The notes: generated by a model from the letters alone, not told the origin. 64,000 nucleotides of DNA from Candidatus Caldarchaeum sp. (GCA_038885755.1 JAVZZH010000003.1:128432-192431), one strand, 5' to 3'. Positions 49,715 to 58,646 are shown, numbered from the stretch's first letter. Made by a program: numbers and translations.

Positions 49715-50217
49715 GCATCGTGTATAAAAATGAGAAAGAAATGTATTCCTATGTGTGTTCATGGTTCAGGAAAATGTTGCAGAGCAAGTTTAAGGATGCC
49801 AAAATATGTGTTGAAGACACTTCTAAAAAGGTTTTGTCAAAATGGCTTCTAGAGAAAGGATTCCATACTTACTTTCCGGATTACCAAACATACGAAGTTG
49901 AGGTTGACGTAACCGGGGTCGTTGTGAAATCGGATAAAGAAGCACATTTAGGGTTTATAGAATGTAAGCTTGGTAGGATCAACCTTAGAGATTTTTCACA
50001 ATTATTAGGGTATAGTAAAGTTGCCATACCCCTCTATTCTATAATACTCTCACCGAAAGGAATCTCCCAATCTCTAAATCTCCTTTTTAACATAGCCAGA
50101 AGAAACGACATACTCTACTATTCAGCGGATAAACACATTTTTATCACTAAATGGCTTGAGCGGAAAAAAGAAATAGACTTTTCAACGATAATCCCTAAGG
50201 GAGCAAGCATTCTATAA
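49711..50217 (+). CDS. Small PD-(D/E)XK-type nuclease
   Basis: NEKEM helix, EVDVTG, FIECK, QLLGY; GTGA overlap with the upstream gene. Confidence 0.7.
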   Translation: MSIVYKNEKEMYSYVCSWFRKMLQSKFKDAKICVEDTSKKVLSKWLLEKGFHTYFPDYQTYEVEVDVTGVVVKSDKEAHLGFIECKLGRINLRDFSQLLGYSKVAIPLYSIILSPKGISQSLNLLFNIARRNDILYYSADKHIFITKWLERKKEIDFSTIIPKGASIL

Positions 50218-50395
50218 AATTGACAGTTTGTCTATTAAGATAAATTTGAGCTTAAAGAACGTTTGGCGTATTATGCTTATGCAAAATTTTCTTTTAACTG
50301 CAACTTTCAGAGGCTTCATAAAATCGGGTGGCGAAAGTTTTTTAGGGCGTGGCGGGGCGGAACTTCGGCTCAAACAGTGCAGCTGGTGGGTATGT

Positions 50396-50560
50396 ATGCC
50401 TAAACAGGGTTATATGTCTGAGACGTTGAAGCGGGAGGTGGCTGAGCTTCTACGCGTCAGGGCTAGGCTTTCAGGCTTAGGCCTGAACGAGTTTCTTTTG
50501 TGTTGTTTGCGGGACGGTTCTCTCGAGTCGCAGACCCGGGTTCAAATCCCGGCCGGAGCA
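50396..50560 (+). pseudogene. Int(N) fragment reading in frame through the att site
   Basis: MPKQGYMSETLKREVAELLRVRARLSGLGLNEFL...SLESQTRVQIPAGA; joins codon 47160 in frame after excision. Confidence 0.75.
50520..50560 (+). repeat. Right att copy (one mismatch, C>T at 50528)
   Basis: CTCTCGAGTCGCAGACCCGGGTTCAAATCCCGGCCGGAGCA. Confidence 0.95.
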
Positions 50561-50569
50561 TGGAATACT

Positions 50570-51078
50570 TATCTGTCTGCTTTTTTCTTTCTTGGGTTTT
50601 TCTCAGGGTTCTGCTGCATTTCGGGTATCTGTCGCCGTTCGGCTTGCTGCTGGTCCTGTTCTCCTCCAGCCATGCTAGTGTCGCCGTCTCCCTAGCCTTC
50701 TCCAGAACCCATCTGAGGTCTTCGGCAAGGTTGTTAAAGATTGTTGGCGGTATGAACCTCCTGAAGTCTGCGAAAGAATCTATTCTCTTCTCAAGGTCTT
50801 ACAATGTCATGAGCTTGGCTATAACCCCTGCGTCGTTGGAGCAGGCTACAGCTCCGGCAGTACCCCGGTCCGCTGACGTTCTTCAACCATCCTCCGCACG
50901 TCGGGCAGAGATTCACCTTCTTCGAGACATGTACTCTATATCCAGCTAGAAGACCGAGGAATATCAGCAGACAGCCTTCAACCCTTTCCTGCTGGACCAG
51001 CGGCAAGCCGAAGTATATCAGCTGCCAAAGGTCAGACCTACTTAAGTCCACCAGCCTTGCGCAGGGCTGGCTAATCAC
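50570..51078 (-). pseudogene. Frameshifted remnant of an unknown Cys-containing protein
   Basis: CPTCGG...CRSC ORF followed by coding-like sequence in another frame. Confidence 0.3.
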
Positions 51079-51434
51079 CAGCGGGGTTGCTGGAGGGGGC
51101 GATGCCGTCTGTGACCAGTGGCTGAAACGCCACTATTGATGCGTCGGTGAGGAATAGTTCTGTCCTCCGTCTGGCCACTGGTGTATGGTCTGATGGCATG
51201 TGTCCCCTCTCCTGAAAGAATCGTATGAAGTCTCTCCTCGCATCCGCCACCGACAGGACGCGGGTTATGTATCTCCTCAGCATGAAACCGTAGTTGACAC
51301 AGGGAGCCTCGTTGCAGACCGTCTTGGACTCGTCAACTGTCTAGGAGAAATCTCCGCAGACAGAACGTGCCCTACTTTGAAACCCGGTTCTCAAGAAAAT
51401 ACTCTAATCGGTATTCATCTGGTTCAAACCTCAT
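51071..51434 (-). pseudogene. alaS: 5' fragment of archaeal alanyl-tRNA synthetase, frameshifted
   Basis: MRFEPDEYRLEYFLEN... and RRDFIRFFQERGH...PVAR..LFLTDASIVAFQPLVTDG. Confidence 0.85.
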
Positions 51435-51464
51435 GAATAGGACGCAGGGGTCATCCGAACAGGT

Positions 51465-51714
51465 GCCTAGTCCAGCCAGAGCCTCCTCCTTTCTCTCCTC
51501 TTCCTTGGTCGGCGCCGCCGGAGCTGCCGCCGCAACTGGTACCGGTGCGACAGGTGCAGCCGTAGCTTTCACTTCCGACGGGTTGCCGCTAGAGATTGAC
51601 CCTCGCCTGGTCTGGCGTGGCTCCAGCCGCCTCCAGCACCCTAATTAGGCTAGCCTCGTCTATCTGCTTCCCCGATTTGTGGATTAGTAATGCGGCGTAG
51701 ACTTATTCCAACAT
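51465..51714 (-). pseudogene. rpl12: Ribosomal stalk protein P1/L12 pseudogene
   Basis: [38 protein letters not shown]... then AAAAPAAPTKEEERKEEALAGLG; internal stop and deletion. Confidence 0.9.
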
Positions 51715-51760
51715 CTTTTGGGCTTGTGGTGGACTGGTTTAAGTGTTCCGGCCTGCCCTG

Positions 51761-52672
51761 TCAATGGGCCTCTCCTGAGAGTTTATCATAGAACTGGGCG
51801 ATGGCTGCGAAGTCAAAGTCTCCCAAGCCCATTGAAGCGCATGACTTATAAAGCTCTCTCACCACACCTCCCAAGAATAGCGGGAATGCCAGCTCCTCAG
51901 CCAGCTCCGAAAGGATATGCAGGTCTTTAAGCGCCAAATCGACCGTGAAGGCTGCCTTCCAATCATTTTTTAAGATCTTGGGCCCCTTGGTCTCGGATAT
52001 GTATGTCTTTTGGTTGGAGCTATTCCAGATCTCCAGTGTGAGACTTGGGTCAAGTCCAGCCCTCTTGGCCAGGGTGAAGGCCTCGGCAAACGCTGCTGTC
52101 ATCAGCCATAGGTGGAGGTTGAATATTATTTTAAGGGACGAGGCCCGGCCCACATCACCCAGATACCAGACCCTCCTCCCCATAGACTCGAGGATGGGCC
52201 TCACTTTTTCAAACGTTGACGGGTTGCCTGAAGCCAGTATAGTCAGCGATGCCTCAGCAGCCGCCTGCACACTTCCCATCACCGGTGCGTCCAGAAGATC
52301 CACATTCCTAGAGGATAGCTCCACAGCCATTCTCCGCACCACAATAGGTGAGTTGGTGCTCATATCCACAACGACTTTACCCGGGGATAATCCATCCAAC
52401 ACGCCCACCCCCCTGTAGGGTCCACGGCCCAGAATCACGTCGGTAGTTGCCTCAGGTGTGGCTAGCATGCTGATTATCACTGTGCTTTTTCTGGCCAATT
52501 CTGCAGGTGAGCTGGCCGCAATCGCTCCCTTCGCAGACAGTTCCGCTGTCTTCGAAACTGTGCGGTTCCAGACAACTGTCTCGTATTTCTTCAAAAGGTT
52601 TTCGGCAAGCTTGGAGCCCATCCTACCAAGCCCGATGACTCCGACTACTTCCACGTAAGCGCCCTGTCCCAC
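51761..52672 (-). CDS. NAD(P)-dependent beta-hydroxyacid dehydrogenase (3-hydroxyisobutyrate dehydrogenase family)
   Basis: IGLGRMG, WNRT, DMST, DAPVMGS, KDL. Confidence 0.92.
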   Translation of the reverse strand: MGQGAYVEVVGVIGLGRMGSKLAENLLKKYETVVWNRTVSKTAELSAKGAIAASSPAELARKSTVIISMLATPEATTDVILGRGPYRGVGVLDGLSPGKVVVDMSTNSPIVVRRMAVELSSRNVDLLDAPVMGSVQAAAEASLTILASGNPSTFEKVRPILESMGRRVWYLGDVGRASSLKIIFNLHLWLMTAAFAEAFTLAKRAGLDPSLTLEIWNSSNQKTYISETKGPKILKNDWKAAFTVDLALKDLHILSELAEELAFPLFLGGVVRELYKSCASMGLGDFDFAAIAQFYDKLSGEAH

Positions 52673-52737
52673 CGGCTATATGAGCGTTTCATCCACCGCG
52701 CAACTAAATTTAAATACATAGCTAGAGCCTCACAACC

Positions 52738-53616
52738 GTGCTCTTCGGAATCAATCTTCCCACATATGGAAACAAGATGTCAGCCTCTGGAATAGCTGAG
52801 GTAGCTTCCGAGGCTGAGAGACTGGGCTTCTCGGATGTCTGGACAGTAGACCACACCATCATGGCACGCCAATACGGCTATCCCTATGGCCGGATATTTG
52901 AGTCGCTCACGGTTTTATCATATGTGGCTGCCAAGACATCAAAAGTGAGGATAGGTACGTCAATCCTCTCACTCCCCCTCAGAAACCCCATTCTCGTAGC
53001 CAAACAAGTGGTGACACTCGACCACCTCTCAGGCGGACGATTCATCTTCGGGGTGGGGCTGGGGAAGGGTGAGGACGATATACCTGAGTTCAATTTCCTC
53101 GGAGCCGACTACCGCCGCAGGGGAGAATATGCCACTGAGGCGATCAAGATAATGAAGATTCTTTGGACCTCGGACAACCCCTCCTTCCACGGAAGATACT
53201 ACAGCTTTGAAGACTGCGTCTTCGAGCCTAAACCTGTTCAGAAGCCCCACCCACCTATATGGTGGGCCGGCTCCTCGGAAAAGGCTCTCAGCAGGGTTGT
53301 AGAGTCGGGTGATGGATGGCAGCCCATAACCTATAAGGACAAACCCATAACGCCGCAGGACTACCACATGCTTAGGGACAGGCTTGAAGAAATGCTTGGT
53401 GGAAGAAAGATAACATACTCCCTCAGAATACATCTAGACCTCCACGTATTCAGTAAATACCGATACACAACATTGATTGATGAGCTCGGGCCGAGACTTT
53501 CAGCCTTCGAAAAGGCCGGCGTCGAGCATGTCGTGATTGATATGGGAGACCTAAGCGCCGATGAATACAAACAGCTAATGGCTCAATTCATGATGGAAAT
53601 AGCGCCCACCATTTGA
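52738..53616 (+). CDS. F420-dependent LLM-class oxidoreductase
   Basis: WTVDH, IGTSIL, AKQVVTLDHLSGGR, PKPVQKPHPPIW. Confidence 0.9.
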   Translation: MLFGINLPTYGNKMSASGIAEVASEAERLGFSDVWTVDHTIMARQYGYPYGRIFESLTVLSYVAAKTSKVRIGTSILSLPLRNPILVAKQVVTLDHLSGGRFIFGVGLGKGEDDIPEFNFLGADYRRRGEYATEAIKIMKILWTSDNPSFHGRYYSFEDCVFEPKPVQKPHPPIWWAGSSEKALSRVVESGDGWQPITYKDKPITPQDYHMLRDRLEEMLGGRKITYSLRIHLDLHVFSKYRYTTLIDELGPRLSAFEKAGVEHVVIDMGDLSADEYKQLMAQFMMEIAPTI

Positions 53617-53817
53617 AAGCGGAGCTATGCCCTACCAGGAGAGGTCTGCTGACGCCGCCAGCCAAACACTCCCCTCATACCATCCTAAATCATTGTTTAA
53701 ATGGTATATGGGGGCAACCACTCCAACATAATTTATATAAAGGTGTGGCGTTGTGGGTTGCTGTCTGTGCCACCGGCTTTTTCACCAGCATCTATATTAT
53801 GTCGCTAGGTTCATGGT

Positions 53818-55170
53818 TTGATGATTCCCCCGCCCGAGTTCATGAGGCCTGAACGCATCCATGTTAGGAAAGTGGTTCCGGAGGGTCGGGGTGAATTTGT
53901 TCTGTATGTGATGGATGCGTGTCAGAGGAGTCTGGGCAACTTTGCCTTGGAATACGCTGTCTATCAAGCCGACCGTCTAGGTTATCCTCTTGTGGTGGTT
54001 GTTCCTGTCGACGAAAAGATGCCGCACGCCAACTTGAGGCGTTTCAAATTCATGCTCGAGGGACTGGCTAGGCTAGGAGAAGTGCTTGAGACGAGAAAGA
54101 TTCGGCTTTTAGTCGAGAAAGCCGACCGCATCAAGCGGTTTCTGGCTGAATCGTGTTTCACTGTTTTGGATATGGCGTATCTTGGTTTTCAGAGGACTTT
54201 TCGCAGTAAAATCATCGAGTCGTCGCAGTGTTCTGTTGTCGAAGTTGAGGGAAACGTCGTGGTGCCGGTCGAGCTGGCGTCGAAAAAACCCGAGCCCTAC
54301 GCACGGACAATCAGGCCCAAACTCATTAAACATCTAAACCAGTTCATAGAAGACCTACCCATCCAAACACCGAAACACTCCTCTACTCAACTCGACTTGG
54401 AGCAGGACGTTGAGAAACTGATGCAGTCCGTCAAAATAGACCGAACTGTTTCCCCGGTCGACTACTTTACCGGCGGGGAGGATAATGCCTTGAGCCGGCT
54501 CAAGGTTTTCACGGAGAAAAAGATTCAGAGATACGCTGAAGGCAGGTCAGACCCCGGTGAAGATTTTTCCTCCGAGCTCAGCCCCTACCTCAGGTTTGGT
54601 ATGGTTTCACCTGTTCAAGTTGTCAGAGCGGCGCTGGAGGCCGTCGGCCCAAACGACGTCAACTTTAACAGCCTAGTGAACGAGCTCGTTGTTTGGCGTG
54701 AGCTGGCCCGCAACGCTGCATACTACAATCCGCTTTTCGGCAGCTATGACGGGCTGCCTGAATGGGCTAAACAGACTCTCGAGACACACAAAGCCGACCG
54801 ACGGGAATACGTCTACGACCTGCAGACCTTGGAAAAAGCAGAGACACACGACATCTACTGGAACGCTGCACAACGCGAGCTCCTCTACACGGGAAAAATT
54901 CACAACTACATGCGGATGTATTGGTGTAAAAAGCTTATCGAATGGACGGACGACCCACGGACAGCTTTCGAATACGCTGTATATCTCAACGACCGGTATG
55001 GGTTGGACGGCGTCGACCCCAACAGCTACCTCGGCATCAGCTGGTGTTTCGGCGCGTTCGACCGACCGTTCTTCGAATCAAAAATCTACGGAAAGATAAG
55101 AAAAATGACCGAAGAAAGCTTGAAAAGAAAACCAGGAATCAGCCGTTACCTCAAAAAATACGAGGCCTGA
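53818..55170 (+). CDS. phrB: Class II CPD photolyase
   Basis: NFALEYA, FMLEGL, ARTIRPK, SELSPYLRFG, THDIYWNAAQ, HNYMRMYWCKK, DGVDPN. Confidence 0.95.
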   Translation: MMIPPPEFMRPERIHVRKVVPEGRGEFVLYVMDACQRSLGNFALEYAVYQADRLGYPLVVVVPVDEKMPHANLRRFKFMLEGLARLGEVLETRKIRLLVEKADRIKRFLAESCFTVLDMAYLGFQRTFRSKIIESSQCSVVEVEGNVVVPVELASKKPEPYARTIRPKLIKHLNQFIEDLPIQTPKHSSTQLDLEQDVEKLMQSVKIDRTVSPVDYFTGGEDNALSRLKVFTEKKIQRYAEGRSDPGEDFSSELSPYLRFGMVSPVQVVRAALEAVGPNDVNFNSLVNELVVWRELARNAAYYNPLFGSYDGLPEWAKQTLETHKADRREYVYDLQTLEKAETHDIYWNAAQRELLYTGKIHNYMRMYWCKKLIEWTDDPRTAFEYAVYLNDRYGLDGVDPNSYLGISWCFGAFDRPFFESKIYGKIRKMTEESLKRKPGISRYLKKYEA

Positions 55171-55187
55171 CGGCCGGAAATTCCTTG

Positions 55188-55261
55188 TGGACCGGCGGGG
55201 ATTTGAACCCCGGACCTTCCGCGTGCGAGGCGGACGATCTTCCAGGCTGATCTACCGGCCC
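55188..55261 (-). tRNA. tRNA-Ala(CGC)
   Basis: GGGCCGG/CCGGTCC with G3:U70 pair, TCCGC-CT-CGC-AC-GCGGA, GGTTCAAATCC. Confidence 0.96.
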
Positions 55262-55350
55262 TGTTGTTTTCTGTGTTTTGCCGGTAAAAAGCTTATGCGT
55301 GCGCCGGGCTGAAAAACTATTAATTTCAACCGTGGATTTGACGGGTGGAG

Positions 55351-55465
55351 GCGGGGGTCGCCAAGCCTGGTCAAATTGGTCCAGCGTAAGCTGGACAAAG
55401 CCAGCGGCGCAGGGTTCAGGCCCCTGTCCCGAAGGGGTTCGTGGGTTCAAATCCCACCCCCCGCA
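55351..55465 (+). tRNA. tRNA-Leu(CAG) with a ~30-nt non-canonical D-arm intron (~55376-55405)
   Basis: GCGGGGG/CCCCCGC stem, CAGGG-TT-CAG-GC-CCCTG, long variable arm; insert contains the GTCCAGC/GCTGGAC hairpin. Confidence 0.92.
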
Positions 55466-55559
55466 TAGAATATTGTGATGCCTAGGTTCATGCATCTTGG
55501 AAGACCTGCCATGATGTCGTAGCTGAGTGCAAGTGTTCCGTAGGTGAAGAGAAAAATCA

Positions 55560-55753
55560 ACAAGCTCTGATAATAAGGTGATGAAAACAATTCCAGTGGG
55601 AATGTGGCACCATTCCCCATAGACCGGCTTGATGTTCATCACCGTCCTCGTCGTAAGTGTTTCGGATGATTCCAGCGCCAAGCCTCCGGCCAAGGAGCCG
55701 ATCAACTTCCCCGCCCCACCCAAAACGAGGACAGTCAGAGCCTTGACCGTGCC
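55560..55753 (-). pseudogene. Remnant of a branched-chain amino acid ABC permease (LivH-like)
   Basis: KALTVLVLGGAGKLIGSLAGGLALESSETL...GIVFITLL matches the LivH C-terminal pattern. Confidence 0.55.
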
Positions 55754-56088
55754 GGGAATCCTGACCTCAGATAGGAGTTGGCTTCAGCCACTGCCGATAA
55801 GCCTGCAACCCTCATGTCGACTCAAGCTTAACTGCGCGCCTGTAAGCTCGTAGGCTAATCCTATCGTGTAATCGGTTATTTTTCGACCGACCCTACACCG
55901 TCCGGGTAAGCGTGGTGGCTGCCGGAGTCTGGGCTCCCATAGTCGCGTATTCTGTCGCTGCCTGACCTGCTCCCTACTGGGGCGTTATTCAAACATACCT
56001 AGTGCTTCTCGCAGAGTTGATGGGCTGTGTCTACGGGCTTGGGATGCGAGAGGGTTTTATGCAGCTATGCGGCGTCTGTGGTGGCTGT

Positions 56089-56664
56089 TTACATCGTTCC
56101 TTTCGTTGAGGGTGCGCTGGTTGTTCTTGGGTCGGGTTCGGCTGCATGCCTCAGCGCTACGGCCAGCGCCTTGAACCCTGCCTCTACCTTATGGTGGTCG
56201 TCCGCCCCATCCAATACTTTTACGTGAATGGTTGCGTTCATGCTGGTTGCAAGCGTTTCGAGGAAATGAACAACCTCGGAGACAGGTATGTCTTCGACAA
56301 CGTCCGCCTTCGTCCTGAGGTCTATGACTGGCTTAGGCCTCCTGACCAGGTCCACGGCTGCGTATGCCACCGCCTCGTCCATGGGGATTAAGGCGTATCC
56401 AAACCTCCTGATGCTTTTCCTGTCGGCCAGGGCCTTCTCCAGAGCCGTGCCCAGCACAATCGCTGTGTCTTCGACGACATGATGCCGCAGGTCGCCCGAG
56501 GCTGATACCGAAATGTCGATCATGCTGTGTTTTGCTAGTGTTTCAACCATGTGGTCGAGAAACCTGTAGCCTGTTGAGACGCTGCAAACACCTGCGCCGT
56601 CGATGTTGACCTCGGCCTCCACCCTTGTCTCCCTTGTTTCTCTGAAGGCTCGCCCCGTCCTCAG
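56089..56664 (-). CDS. hisB: Imidazoleglycerol-phosphate dehydratase; probable CTG start
   Basis: RETRET, FLDHM, DLRHHVVED, PMDEA, DHHKVEAGFKA, PSTKG. Confidence 0.95.
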   Translation of the reverse strand: MRTGRAFRETRETRVEAEVNIDGAGVCSVSTGYRFLDHMVETLAKHSMIDISVSASGDLRHHVVEDTAIVLGTALEKALADRKSIRRFGYALIPMDEAVAYAAVDLVRRPKPVIDLRTKADVVEDIPVSEVVHFLETLATSMNATIHVKVLDGADDHHKVEAGFKALAVALRHAAEPDPRTTSAPSTKGTM

Positions 56665-57644
56665 GACTGGCCACCGCTCCGCTGAAGTATCTCCTCGAGC
56701 GGTAGGAGTAGGTTTGGCTCGTGAACGACAAGCCCTTGAGCAAGCCTTCTGAGCGTGGGCAGAATTTTGAGGAACTCTGTCTTGGAGACCACTGTGTTTA
56801 TGGCGTACCATCCCTTTTCGGATAGCTGGCTTACCGTTGGGCTCTTCAAAGCAGGCAAGGCTTTGAGAAGGGTTTCAAGGTTGTCTTGACGCACGTTGGC
56901 GAAGATGTGCAGCTTCTTACTGCTCTCGACCACCCCTTTGAACAGCGTCATGATGTCGAGGATCTTCTCACGCTTGACCGGGTCTGCGTAGGACTGTTTG
57001 TTTGCGATAAGCATGGCGGTCGACTCGGAGATTACCTCCAACACCTTGAGGTTGTTCTGCTCAAGAGTAATCCCCGTCGCCGACGCGTCGACGATCAAGT
57101 CAGCTTCCTCGGGCGGCTTTGCCTCCGTCGCCCCAAAGCTGAGATAAATCTCCACCATCTCGTTCTCGCCCTTCCTCCACCAGGGAGTGACGATCAAGGG
57201 CCGTTTTCCCCCGTAGTATTTCCTGTAAGCCGGTGTCGAGGAAACATATTCAGCGGTTGTGTTCAGGTATTCTGTCGAGATCCTCAAAGGCTTCCGCTTC
57301 AAGGCATGCTCCTCGACGTATTCGTTCAGGGAAGAGAGGGTGGAGGTTTTCGGAGCTGCGGCGACAAGACGCACGTATCCATACTCTAGGTCCAGCAGGA
57401 TGTTGACGTCGGCCTTCGTTTCGTTGATCCAGTCAACCCCAGTTATGCCTATGTCGTAGGCTCCGCCGCCCACCAGCAGAGGGATCTCCTGCGGCCTGAG
57501 GATCTTGACCTCTATCTCCCTGTCGTCGACCACCGGCCTGTATGTCCTCTCCACCCCTCTAAGCCTAAGCATCGCCTTGGACAGGAGTTCCTGCGTCCCA
57601 GCCTCCAACGAGCCCTTGGGTATGGCGAACTTTACAACAGCCAA
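56661..57644 (-). CDS. hisG: ATP phosphoribosyltransferase (long form)
   Basis: FAIPKGSL, DIGITGVD, GATEA, TGITL, PALKSPTVS. Confidence 0.96.
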   Translation of the reverse strand: MAVVKFAIPKGSLEAGTQELLSKAMLRLRGVERTYRPVVDDREIEVKILRPQEIPLLVGGGAYDIGITGVDWINETKADVNILLDLEYGYVRLVAAAPKTSTLSSLNEYVEEHALKRKPLRISTEYLNTTAEYVSSTPAYRKYYGGKRPLIVTPWWRKGENEMVEIYLSFGATEAKPPEEADLIVDASATGITLEQNNLKVLEVISESTAMLIANKQSYADPVKREKILDIMTLFKGVVESSKKLHIFANVRQDNLETLLKALPALKSPTVSQLSEKGWYAINTVVSKTEFLKILPTLRRLAQGLVVHEPNLLLPLEEILQRSGGQS

Positions 57645-57724
57645 CTCGGTCCCTTACCCTGTCCCGCACAACCGCTTATTTAAACACAATACATGCTGAG
57701 AAACGGTAATATGGCCGCGTCGGG

Positions 57725-58333
57725 GTGTCGGGAGACGGGTTGAAGGCATTCGTCCTCCACTACGGCGTGGGCAACGTCTTCAGCGTCGAGAAGGCTTTCA
57801 AGGGGCTTGGGTTCGACGTCGAGGTTGGGAGGAAGCTCCACGGCGGAGTCGACTGCCTAGTCTTGCCGGGAGTGGGCAGCTTTCAAGCCGCCGCCGAAGA
57901 CATCTCCTCCTACCGTGGCGAGCTCGTCGACTTGATAAGGTCCGGGCTTCCCGTCTTGGGAATATGCTTGGGCATGCAGATTTTGTTCGAGGAGAGTCAG
58001 GAGGGCCCCGGTAGGGGGCTTTCTCTGTTCAGGGGGCGTGTTGTCTCCCTGCCCGAGAATGTGAAGAGGCCTCACATGGGCTGGAACAGGATATGGAAGA
58101 CAGGCTCGAGCATGCTTCTGGAAGGCGTCGGGCATGAGTGGGTTTACTTCAACCACACCTACTACCCGTCGCCCGAGGACTCTGGATTGGTGTTGGCTAG
58201 GACTTCCTACGGTGTGGAGTTTCCATCGGTGATCGGGTCGGGGAATGTTTACGGGACGCAGTTCCACCCCGAAAAGTCTTCGAAGACGGGGTTGAAGATT
58301 CTCCAAAACTTTCGGAGCATCGTCAGGGTTTGA
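57725..58333 (+). CDS. hisH: Imidazole glycerol phosphate synthase, glutaminase subunit
   Basis: YGVGN, LPGVG, GICLGMQ, PHMGWN, QFHPEKS. Confidence 0.97.
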   Translation: MSGDGLKAFVLHYGVGNVFSVEKAFKGLGFDVEVGRKLHGGVDCLVLPGVGSFQAAAEDISSYRGELVDLIRSGLPVLGICLGMQILFEESQEGPGRGLSLFRGRVVSLPENVKRPHMGWNRIWKTGSSMLLEGVGHEWVYFNHTYYPSPEDSGLVLARTSYGVEFPSVIGSGNVYGTQFHPEKSSKTGLKILQNFRSIVRV

Positions 58334-58646
58334 GCGTGTTGTGGAAGCAGGTTTTCGCTCCCGTGTGGCATGCGGGGCCCCGGGGATGGACTAAGTAGAG
58401 GACGGCGTCCCCGTCGCAGTCAGCCCTCACCTCTACTACGTCTTGGTAGTTGCCCGACTCCTCGCCTTTCAGCCACAGCCTTTGCCGAGACCTGCTCCAA
58501 AAATGAGCTCTTCCCGTCTCCATCGTCAAACGCAGGGCTTGCTGGTTGGCGTAGGCGAGCATCAAAACCTCTCTCGTATCGACGTCCTGAACAACCACGG
58601 GCACAAGGCCTTGCTCGTCCTTAAACCTCAGCTCCTCAATCCTCAA
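58323..58646 (-). CDS. hisI: Phosphoribosyl-AMP cyclohydrolase
   Basis: FWSRSR, KGEESGN, DCDGD, ACHTG..CF. Confidence 0.97.
   Translation of the reverse strand: MRIEELRFKDEQGLVPVVVQDVDTREVLMLAYANQQALRLTMETGRAHFWSRSRQRLWLKGEESGNYQDVVEVRADCDGDAVLYLVHPRGPACHTGAKTCFHNTLKP

Larger units (their letters stand above)
47119..50560. mobile_element. Defective integrated element in tRNA-Glu (SSV1/pTN3-type split integrase) carrying an RM-like cargo
   Basis: Bounded by a 41-bp direct repeat of the tRNA 3' half; integrase halves at both ends; AT-rich interior. Confidence 0.9.

Noticed and set aside
50228-50949. ORFs 50228-50695 and 50500-50949 as intact genes
   Set aside because: They are chimeric readings across att; only 50396-50560 is interpretable, as Int(N).
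51724-51737. CTTGTGGTGGACTGG as an att duplicate of tRNA-Ala
   Set aside because: Too short and mismatched, and it lacks the T-arm sequence.
55151-55723. 190-aa minus-strand ORF as a real gene
   Set aside because: It runs through two tRNA genes; only its 5' part looks like a LivH relic.
56665-56811. Long hisB N-terminal extension inside hisG
   Set aside because: It would need a 150-nt overlap with no HisB-like sequence; a CTG start is more parsimonious.
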